Virus record (IMG/VR): IMGVR_UViG_3300012953_000091
Span: 1 to 34,986 of that record
From: a virus
Lineage: Duplodnaviria; Caudoviricetes
Length of the DNA stretch: 34,986 bases
Reading direction: 5' to 3' (one strand)
Part shown: positions 28,629 to 34,986 of the stretch, piece after piece
How positions within the stretch are numbered: position 1 is the stretch's first letter
Layout of the letters: the number at the start of each line of letters is the position of its first letter
Program-made: the position numbers and the translations under genes
The notes under the pieces: model-generated
Seen by the model: the letters and a program-made list of their open reading frames with translations, nothing else
Databases searched by the model: none
Told to the model about the DNA's origin: nothing

Positions 28629-28939
28629 GTGAAATAGAAAAAAAGACAATTCAAATTGAATTGGAAGTTGATACTAAAACAGTTGATTCAACTAAGAATC
28701 CATATCAAAAATGGATATATCTAGCACAAGCTATTGATGCCTGGAGAATATTCCCTAGAGCTTTTTTAAGTGTATATATCTTTTTGTTATACTATGCAAC
28801 CATGTGGTTTATGGGATTAGAAGATCCAACCTTAGAACAATCAGGCTTAATTAGTATTATAGTAGGAGCTGGAGCAGCATGGTTTGGACTATATGCTGGT
28901 ACTAGTAAATCAAGCAAATCATTCAATGGTGATAAGTAA
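28625..28939 (+). CDS. Small membrane protein, two predicted TM helices, holin-like
   Basis: 104 aa. D.WRIFPR followed by two hydrophobic stretches and a basic C-terminal tail. Confidence 0.7.
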   Translation: MSEIEKKTIQIELEVDTKTVDSTKNPYQKWIYLAQAIDAWRIFPRAFLSVYIFLLYYATMWFMGLEDPTLEQSGLISIIVGAGAAWFGLYAGTSKSSKSFNGDK

Positions 28940-30768
28940 TGGCTGACGATATAAAAAGAGACGCAGATCTACAAAGGCAAAGTGCACCTCAACCTAGAGA
29001 TAAGGGCGATGATGATGGTGGTATATTAGATAACATTAATGAAAAATTAGCTGCCTTTAAAAACAATTATGAACAGGCTGTAGTAGGAGAACTTACTGCA
29101 TATGATGCATTAATTAAAACTAATTTTGCTGGGTTCAATAAACTATCTGATGCTTTCCATAAAATGTCTTCTGAACTTATAGAAGGTTCGTCTTTAAAAG
29201 AAATTGAAAATCAGAAAGAAGCTGCTAAAAGAGTTGAACAAACTAATGATTTATTAGAAACTATTGCAGATAATACAGAAAAACAATTTGATGCCATAGC
29301 ACCGAAAGGATTCGTTCAAAAAGCATTAGCAGGTTTAGGACTTATAATTGGTGGTTTAATAGGTATAGTAGTTGGATTTGGTGCAGGTCTTGGAGAATTT
29401 ATTAAAAAATCTGTTGCTCCTAGAGTATTAAATAGTATTACTGGTCTTTTTAAAATAATAGGTAAATCTTTCAGTTTTCTAGGTAATACATTACTTAAAC
29501 GTTTCCCATCATTACAAATAATACCAGATAAGTTTAATCAACTTAAAAATTTCTTTGGTAAACAAATAAAAACAATTACAAATTTTGCTACTAAAGTTGG
29601 TGTTACATTTCGTGCATTTTTTGATTCAATATTAGCTCCTTTTAAAAAGGGACCAAAACAATTAGCTATGTTTAAAACTGGTGGCTTTATTACTCAGGTT
29701 GGTGAAAGTTTCCAAAGATTTACTAAGCTATTAGGTAATGCAGCTGCAGCTCCATTTCGTCTTACTAGAAATATAATTAGAGATCTAACTGCTCCTTTTG
29801 AATCTATTGCTAAAGCTTTTGGTGGGTCCGGTCTTCCTAGGCAAGGTCCTGGTGTTCTAAAAGGAATAAGAAAAACAATTGCTACGACGATTAATCCATT
29901 TTTTACATTTTTCAAAACAGGATTAACGGCATTTGCAAACTTTGGTAGAACATTAGGTCGAATATTTTTACCACTTACTGTTCTCTTTGGTATAATTGAT
30001 ACTATAACTGGTGTTATTGCAGGCGTAAAAGATGAAGGAGAAAGAGGTGGAAGTAAGCTTCTTGCTGGAATTATTGGTGGTCTAAAAGGATTCTTAGTTG
30101 GATTTGTTGCTTTACCATTAGATTTTTTGAAAAATGCATTTACTTTTATAATAAGAAAACTCTTTGGTATAGATAAAGAAAATCCTATTATAAAAGCCAT
30201 AACAAATTTCTCTTTTCAAGATATTTTTAAACTAGTATTCGATCGAATAAATTCTTTTGCTCAAAGTATTCTTAGTGGTATGATTGGTATTGTTGATAGT
30301 ATTGGTAATTTCATAACAAGTATACCTGATAAGTTTATGAATATGATCAGTAGTATAATTGAAACCGTAGTAGATGGTATTATGTTGTATAGAAATATTC
30401 AAGAGAAAATCCAAGAAGTAATCAAATCAATTGTAAGAAGTATACTGCCAGATCCAACTGCTGGAGGATTAAAAGGTGTAGCAGCTAAAGCATTTAATGC
30501 CTTTGGTGCATATGAATATGCTGGCGTAGATTATAAGACAGGTGAACTAATACCTCCATCTACCGACGTAGTAGGAGCTGGATCAGAACAAGGTGAAGAA
30601 CTTATAGTTGAAAGTAATACTAATCGTAGAGGTAGAAGAGGTGGTGGAGTATCACAACAAGCTGTAATTGATTCTTCTATTAAACAAAGTAGATCTCAAC
30701 AAATTAATGTTAGTTTAGGTAATTCTTCTCAAACTGCTCGCGGTTTAAGATTTCAAGACGATTTTTAG
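28939..30768 (+). CDS. Probable tail tape measure protein (gp29 equivalent)
   Basis: 609 aa, mostly amphipathic-helical with Gly/Ala/Leu hydrophobic segments and regularly spaced Phe. Lies downstream of gp26/gp51 and is close in size to T4 gp29. Confidence 0.65.
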   Translation: MADDIKRDADLQRQSAPQPRDKGDDDGGILDNINEKLAAFKNNYEQAVVGELTAYDALIKTNFAGFNKLSDAFHKMSSELIEGSSLKEIENQKEAAKRVEQTNDLLETIADNTEKQFDAIAPKGFVQKALAGLGLIIGGLIGIVVGFGAGLGEFIKKSVAPRVLNSITGLFKIIGKSFSFLGNTLLKRFPSLQIIPDKFNQLKNFFGKQIKTITNFATKVGVTFRAFFDSILAPFKKGPKQLAMFKTGGFITQVGESFQRFTKLLGNAAAAPFRLTRNIIRDLTAPFESIAKAFGGSGLPRQGPGVLKGIRKTIATTINPFFTFFKTGLTAFANFGRTLGRIFLPLTVLFGIIDTITGVIAGVKDEGERGGSKLLAGIIGGLKGFLVGFVALPLDFLKNAFTFIIRKLFGIDKENPIIKAITNFSFQDIFKLVFDRINSFAQSILSGMIGIVDSIGNFITSIPDKFMNMISSIIETVVDGIMLYRNIQEKIQEVIKSIVRSILPDPTAGGLKGVAAKAFNAFGAYEYAGVDYKTGELIPPSTDVVGAGSEQGEELIVESNTNRRGRRGGGVSQQAVIDSSIKQSRSQQINVSLGNSSQTARGLRFQDDF

Positions 30769-30800
30769 AAATAACAAAGCCCCAACTGCAGTTGAGGCTT
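30769..30800 (-). terminator. Rho-independent terminator of the gp32 transcript, possibly bidirectional
   Basis: Minus-strand hairpin AAGCCUCAAC-UGCA-GUUGGGGCUU followed by a U-rich tail, between convergent genes. A U-G pair favours the minus strand. Confidence 0.75.
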
Positions 30801-30911
30801 CGGGCAATTTACTCTGTAACTTATGTGTAAAGGTTTTCGTTACTTTATCCGAGCGGAAGGACGCCAATCGACTCTACTTATTTCCCTACGACTTTACCGG
30901 GTCTCCTATAG

Positions 30912-31805
30912 TTAATTATCCTGAGCTAATTTAGCAAAGTAAGATAATGTATCATTATCATTTCCTTCTGCAGTTTCTGCCATAGGTTCAGGATCTGCTA
31001 CCACTTCACTGGGAGCAGGTGCGTACTGCATATCTTCCGGAGCCATTGAAGCTCCAGCATCTACACCTAGTACTCTATTCAACTTAGCTTTTAATTCAGC
31101 ATAAGTTTTATAGTTTTCAGGTTTAGTGAATTCATTAAGAGAATATAGTTTGTTATATATTCCCTCCAAAGCTGCTTCATCACCACCGGCTACGGCAGCA
31201 GGAGCAGAGAATTCAGACTTATCATAGTTTGTCCAACCTTCGACCTTTCTGATTTTGATCTTAAAGTCAGCACCTTCCCAAAAATCGAAAGGATTTACTG
31301 GTTCTTCATCAGCAAACTGAGGCTGCATTTGGTCCATAATCTTATCAAAGATTTTCTTACCAAATTTGTAAAGGTATACTTTACCTTCAGCATCAGGGTT
31401 TGCAGAATCACTAACCACCATCACGTTAGACACATAATGTAATCGTCTTTTCCTATCCCTAGCGGTTTGCTTATCTTCTTCTCTTCCAGAGTTCCAAAGT
31501 AAACCATTTGATTCACTTACTGGATCCGGCTGTCCAATTGAAGTTAAGCTATTTTCGATATACCATAAACCAGTAGGTCCTTTGAACCCATGATCCCAAT
31601 ATCGTACCCAAGGTAAGTCTTCACCTTCTTTTGCAGGAAGGAACCTGATAACAGCATAACCATTACCAGCTTTATCTTGAGTAGGTTTCCAGAAGCGATC
31701 ATCCGCATATGATTTCGTTTCTGTTTTAGTTGAAACTGCTTCCGCAGCTTTTACGAGTTGGTCGATAGACGAGCCTCGTGTGCTCTTTAGATTTGCAAAT
31801 GACAT
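30912..31805 (-). CDS. gp32: Single-stranded DNA-binding protein gp32
   Basis: 297 aa. Motifs MSFANLK, DDRFWKP..DKAGNGYAVIRFLP, WYIENSLT, KFGKKIFDKI and NPFD.WEGADFKIKIRKV.G..NYDKSEF, with an acidic tail ending LSYFAKLA. Confidence 0.97.
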   Translation of the reverse strand: MSFANLKSTRGSSIDQLVKAAEAVSTKTETKSYADDRFWKPTQDKAGNGYAVIRFLPAKEGEDLPWVRYWDHGFKGPTGLWYIENSLTSIGQPDPVSESNGLLWNSGREEDKQTARDRKRRLHYVSNVMVVSDSANPDAEGKVYLYKFGKKIFDKIMDQMQPQFADEEPVNPFDFWEGADFKIKIRKVEGWTNYDKSEFSAPAAVAGGDEAALEGIYNKLYSLNEFTKPENYKTYAELKAKLNRVLGVDAGASMAPEDMQYAPAPSEVVADPEPMAETAEGNDNDTLSYFAKLAQDN

Positions 31806-31869
31806 TGTATTTCTCCGTATTGCATTGTATTTACTGAATTATCCACTTTACTCATAATATATACCATAT

Positions 31870-31908
31870 ATTATATCACAAAATTAGCTTAATGTAAAGG
31901 CTTTTTTT
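31870..31908 (-). promoter_or_regulatory. Sigma70-type promoter for gp32
   Basis: On the minus strand: AAAAAAAGCC, TTTACA (31898-31893), 17 nt, TATAAT (31875-31870), with an extended TG. Confidence 0.75.
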
Positions 31909-32459
31909 ACAATATTAATATATTTTTCCCTGTCGTATTTAACGAAAGGTTCGTACTTTGTAATCTTTCTGGAAAGATCAGGCCAAAAGATTGTTTCGGT
32001 TATTTTCTTTCCTTCCCAATGTACAAAGTTTGTTAATGCATTCATGATAACAATTGTTTCCAACGTTATTTCTTCATGCATCCATTTCTCAATGATCTTT
32101 GGCGCTTGGTTGTTATCCCCTGCAGTCAATAGTTCATCAAAAGAATGTTCCTCTGATAGTTTATTTATATCATCTTGGAATGTTCTTGTTAAAGAATCAT
32201 GTATTTTTTTATGCTTAGCATAGTGTTTATCTTCCATGTCAGCAATATATTTTACATCTTCTATAAAATTAAATACATAATAGTTCATTAAATCTTTTTG
32301 ATTTCTTGCTATCTTAGCAAAAAAGTATTTGTCTTTACGTTTAAAGAAAGAATTAGGTGAAGCATTAGTCTTAAAATTATATTTGATAGCATCATAACTA
32401 CCTTCAAAATGTAGCTTTAAAGCCTGATATAACTTATATGATTCGAACGGATCTACCAT
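31884..32459 (-). CDS. gp59: Helicase loader gp59
   Basis: 191 aa. Motifs Y..Y.ALKLHF...YD..KY, F.KRKDKYFF.K, I.LET..I and KY.PF; adjacent to gp32. Confidence 0.9.
   Translation of the reverse strand: MVDPFESYKLYQALKLHFEGSYDAIKYNFKTNASPNSFFKRKDKYFFAKIARNQKDLMNYYVFNFIEDVKYIADMEDKHYAKHKKIHDSLTRTFQDDINKLSEEHSFDELLTAGDNNQAPKIIEKWMHEEITLETIVIMNALTNFVHWEGKKITETIFWPDLSRKITKYEPFVKYDREKYINIVKKAFTLS
32162..32169 (-). promoter_or_regulatory. Possible late promoter (TATAAATA) inside gp59, upstream of gp32
   Basis: Exact motif in the sense orientation. It could arise by chance in AT-rich DNA. Confidence 0.45.
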
Positions 32460-32710
32460 TTTTCTTGATTTACTCCACGAGTATTAAATGTACCATCTGG
32501 TTTAGAATTCTGATAGTCATAAGGAACTGAAACTGCATAAGGATCTGATAGTCCCTTTCCTACCCACTTAAATTGATTATATACAGTAGAAGGATTTACA
32601 TGGTCCAAATACCTATCAACACAAGTGTTGTTTTCTTCAGCGTATTGTTCTACTTCTTCATAAGTTCCGTAGACATATTCACTATTGTTTAGCTTTGCTA
32701 ATTCTATCAC
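32453..32710 (-). CDS. Hypothetical protein
   Basis: 85-aa ORF overlapping both neighbours and filling the space between gp33 and gp59. Confidence 0.65.
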   Translation of the reverse strand: MIELAKLNNSEYVYGTYEEVEQYAEENNTCVDRYLDHVNPSTVYNQFKWVGKGLSDPYAVSVPYDYQNSKPDGTFNTRGVNQEKW

Positions 32711-32946
32711 AATGGTAATATATTTTTCTTTTTTGCTCTGATAAGATGTAAGTTTTCAGCCTCAACTTCTAACTTAGTTTTTAAAGCTGGTGAAAGTAAT
32801 TTTTTCACTTGCCTATAATCCATACCTCGTTCTTCTACGATATATGTTATAGAATCTAGATAGCTCATATTATTTCTTATAACACATGCTTCTACAGCTT
32901 TAGTAAACCTTTTCTTAGTCATTATTTTATGATCTAATTCGTCCAT
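32707..32946 (-). CDS. gp33: Late transcription co-activator gp33
   Basis: 79 aa. Motif F...VE..V.....SYLD.I......V.KLLS..LK.KLE.EA..L.L, ending in LPL; gene order gp33-gp59-gp32. Confidence 0.88.
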   Translation of the reverse strand: MDELDHKIMTKKRFTKAVEACVIRNNMSYLDSITYIVEERGMDYRQVKKLLSPALKTKLEVEAENLHLIRAKKKNILPL

Positions 32947-32951
32947 ACATA

Positions 32952-34106
32952 TTAAAGTACTCTTAATAGAATACAGTCTTTGTTTATTCTACCTGTTGGT
33001 TTTTTAACTTTGGTAGTAAGACTTGATAAAACTTTATCTATTTGCTTTTCAGTCTTAGTTAATATCTGAGGAAGCACATCATCGGGCTTTCTCAATGTAG
33101 TACAAATAGAAGTATTTTCATTCCAATTATATACTGTTGATCCTCTAACTTCAAATCCAGCTGTTGAATCATTTTCATAAGAGAATAAAACTTTATTTTT
33201 TGTATTATACACAAATAATTTATTCTTACCGGGAATCATGATAGGATTTATTGATACTAATTTAGCATCATTATCATCTGGTTTATAGTTTAAATTTTCT
33301 ACTTGCTTATCAGATGCCTTAGGCTTTTTAGCTCTTGGTATACGTGTAGCTTTTGAATTAGTTCTCATACGTTCAATGTCTTCAATTATACCATTCAATA
33401 AATCCAACATTTTTCTTTGGTCGCCTTTTTTAATATGAGAATAAGCTTCTACAGCTTGATCACATTTTTTGTGATACGAATCATATACCAAATCAAGTTC
33501 AAATTGAATCTTTTCTTTAAATATATTTAATCCAGCACCTTTTATTTTGTGAAGCTGTAGTAGACTATATGTTGGAAAGATAACCTTCTTTTTATCGAAT
33601 TCTCCATCCATCCATTTATCAATAACCATAGTATCAAAGTCATTCCAAATAGTTTCTAAAACTTTGTTATACATCCTGACAGCAGGTGGAATAACTACTG
33701 GTTTTGGTTTCTTATCATCTTCTTTAACTACTAATTTACCAGCAGCTTCGGCATCATATAGACGTTGATTTATTTCATTGATACGTTCTTCAGTAAGAGG
33801 AAATCCTACCCACCCATTGTTTATCATTTCAATGTGTTGATAGGTTCCCATTCTAAATTTGTAATCAGGAAGCTTTTTAATGTTAATAAGTTTTTGCTTA
33901 CTAAATTTAAGATGAGTTTTACAATAAGTTAATACAGTCTCTGCTGACTTCTTTTTGTTTTCAAAATAGTAGAACCAATGAGTAGCTCTTCGATACTCTT
34001 TATCTCTATCTTCTTTACTTTCTGGAACTGGATTGTGTGGACCATAACTTGGTCTTGTTCCCATGAATGCTTCATCAGCATTTTTTAATCGTTTTTGTTT
34101 TGCCAT
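32952..34106 (-). CDS. Conserved T4-like phage hypothetical protein, basic, possibly nucleic-acid binding
   Basis: 384 aa, Lys-rich, with a strong AAGGAG SD. C-terminal LVSINP..I....LFVYNTK...GF.V.GST......TLRKP...GRIN...ILLR. Confidence 0.8.
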   Translation of the reverse strand: MAKQKRLKNADEAFMGTRPSYGPHNPVPESKEDRDKEYRRATHWFYYFENKKKSAETVLTYCKTHLKFSKQKLINIKKLPDYKFRMGTYQHIEMINNGWVGFPLTEERINEINQRLYDAEAAGKLVVKEDDKKPKPVVIPPAVRMYNKVLETIWNDFDTMVIDKWMDGEFDKKKVIFPTYSLLQLHKIKGAGLNIFKEKIQFELDLVYDSYHKKCDQAVEAYSHIKKGDQRKMLDLLNGIIEDIERMRTNSKATRIPRAKKPKASDKQVENLNYKPDDNDAKLVSINPIMIPGKNKLFVYNTKNKVLFSYENDSTAGFEVRGSTVYNWNENTSICTTLRKPDDVLPQILTKTEKQIDKVLSSLTTKVKKPTGRINKDCILLRVL

Positions 34107-34110
34107 ATTT

Positions 34111-34180
34111 ACTCCTTATAAAATAGGTGCCCTCCACTCGACCGCATTGTGATAAGGAGTTAATTTGGTCGAGGGAGAGC
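34111..34180 (-). promoter_or_regulatory. Putative cis-regulatory RNA: stem-loop with an anti-SD loop (H-type pseudoknot)
   Basis: 14-bp stem (34167-34180 with 34129-34143, one bulge). Loop ACUCCUUAU (34152-34160) is perfectly complementary to AUAAGGAGU (34111-34119), the SD of the downstream gene. Confidence 0.7.
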
Positions 34181-34185
34181 GAAAA

Positions 34186-34419
34186 TTATGAACGTATAGA
34201 AAGATGTTTCACTCCTAAAACATAGTTTTCAGCTGCATTTTCTGCATATACTTCACTATGACCTTCATATAGTTCATCGGTAATCCAGACATTTTCTTTG
34301 AAAAATCTGACACCATAATTATTATTCTTATCTAAGAATGTTTGAGCTCTTAAATTGTCTTCAGCTGAAAAGTAGGTAGATAATATTTTATCAGCTATTA
34401 ATATTTTTTTATCAATCAT
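34186..34419 (-). CDS. Hypothetical protein
   Basis: Likely start is the ATG at 34419 (ATGA overlap with the upstream stop, GAGGTGG upstream), giving 77 aa ending in HSE.YAE.AAENYVLG. Confidence 0.75.
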   Translation of the reverse strand: MIDKKILIADKILSTYFSAEDNLRAQTFLDKNNNYGVRFFKENVWITDELYEGHSEVYAENAAENYVLGVKHLSIRS

Positions 34420-34685
34420 AATCCACCTCTGCAATAAGCATTAATAAGTTCTTCACCTTTTATTGCAACACCAAAGGTATGAATTAATTTGTTATTTTTG
34501 TGCCTAGTTATAAGACCATCATTAAATTGTGTATCAGTAACATGACCATCAATTGTATCTTCAGGTCTAGTATCATACCACATACTACTTAATCTATGTG
34601 TATGTAGAGACTTAACACCTTTAGCCCATTCTTCAGCTTCTAGTAGAAGTTTTTGTCTTTCAACTCTTGAATTAAATTCGCTCAT
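34416..34685 (-). CDS. Hypothetical protein
   Basis: 89 aa with a GGAGG SD upstream; coupled to neighbours. Confidence 0.75.
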   Translation of the reverse strand: MSEFNSRVERQKLLLEAEEWAKGVKSLHTHRLSSMWYDTRPEDTIDGHVTDTQFNDGLITRHKNNKLIHTFGVAIKGEELINAYCRGGL

Positions 34686-34848
34686 TTAGTTGTGCCTCCA
34701 CTAATTTTTTAACTTTATTTTTGCTATACCAAAGACCAGAATATAATGTAGTTCTTCCGTCTTTCCATTCAACATGAAATCTTTTATATCCAAATGGTCT
34801 ATCCATAAAGATACGAGCATCACCGTAGTTTTCTACTAGGACTCTCAT
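34672..34848 (-). CDS. Hypothetical protein (58 aa)
   Basis: Below the ORF-track cutoff. Reads MRVLVENYGDARIFMDRPFGYKRFHVEWKDGRTTLYSGLWYSKNKVKKLVEAQLNERI*, with an ATGA overlap with the upstream ORF. Confidence 0.7.
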   Translation of the reverse strand: MRVLVENYGDARIFMDRPFGYKRFHVEWKDGRTTLYSGLWYSKNKVKKLVEAQLNERI

Positions 34849-34985
34849 ATCTGATATATATAGACATCCATTCTTTCAGCTACTGAAAGTGGAATAGATC
34901 TGTCATAAGCTCTTGGATGTAAACCAGCAGCTCGAGCATGTTTAGTCCTAGGACCTCTGCCCTGACACTTTACTCTGTATCTAGG
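34845..34985 (-). CDS. Hypothetical protein, 5'-truncated by the window edge
   Basis: Open frame ...PRYRVKCQGRGPRTKHARAAGLHPRAYDRSIPLSVAERMDVYIYQI*, with its TGA overlapping the next ATG. Confidence 0.65.
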   Translation of the reverse strand, partial: PRYRVKCQGRGPRTKHARAAGLHPRAYDRSIPLSVAERMDVYIYQI

Positions 34986-34986
34986 A

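Noticed and set aside
21092-30414. Antisense ORFs 21092-21508, 23906-24157, 25283-25711, 26062-26244, 26747-26989, 27448-27654, 29694-30200 and 30232-30414
   Set aside because: Each lies fully opposite a longer, better-supported gene and has no recognisable motif
30801-30911. Partial resemblance to a c-di-GMP-I riboswitch (GGGCAA...GGACGC) or a twister ribozyme
   Set aside because: The GNRA tetraloop/receptor and the twister pseudoknot pairings are not present; kept only as an unassigned structured region
34129-34180. Simple rho-independent terminator, or SAM-II/SAM-V/preQ1 riboswitch
   Set aside because: The loop is 23 nt and no U-tract follows the stem directly; the conserved cores of those riboswitch classes are not evident
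1-34986. tRNA genes, CRISPR arrays, introns, inteins, homing endonucleases, alternative genetic code
   Set aside because: None seen. Intergenic gaps are short, core genes are uninterrupted, and TAA, TAG and TGA all act as stops

Overview
A low-GC segment of a T4-like (Tevenvirinae-related, probably marine or aquatic) myovirus genome. The left 26 kb (minus strand) is a late structural block: three or more tail-fibre genes (one partial and TTG-started, one 1805 aa with a C-terminal peptidase S74 chaperone), a 1769-aa DUF4815/VrlC-like protein, and the baseplate genes gp8, gp7, gp6, gp25, a miniature gp5, a hub protein, gp53 and gp48. A divergent plus-strand late block (25994-30768) holds gp4, gp2, a gp54/gp19-like protein, gp26, a gp51-like ORF, a small membrane protein and a tape-measure-like protein. 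A minus-strand early/replication block follows (gp32 SSB, gp59, gp33, hypotheticals). T4-type late promoters (TATAAATA) and sigma70-type promoters (TTTACA-17-TATAAT) are visible. The best leads are cis-acting elements. (1) A probable programmed -1 frameshift fusing gp26 to gp51, with U UUU UUU, an upstream SD-like motif and a downstream long-range stem, in a lambda G/GT-like position before the tape measure. (2) A pseudoknot whose loop is a perfect 9-nt anti-Shine-Dalgarno for a 384-aa gene. (3) A strong sigma70-type promoter firing antisense into gp5, beside an A-tract/GC-rich non-coding island. (4) Tandem UAWAUA-loop hairpins in a tail-fibre leader. (5) A type-1 copper-site motif in a tail fibre. 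Product calls come from recalled family motifs and gene order, not from database searches.
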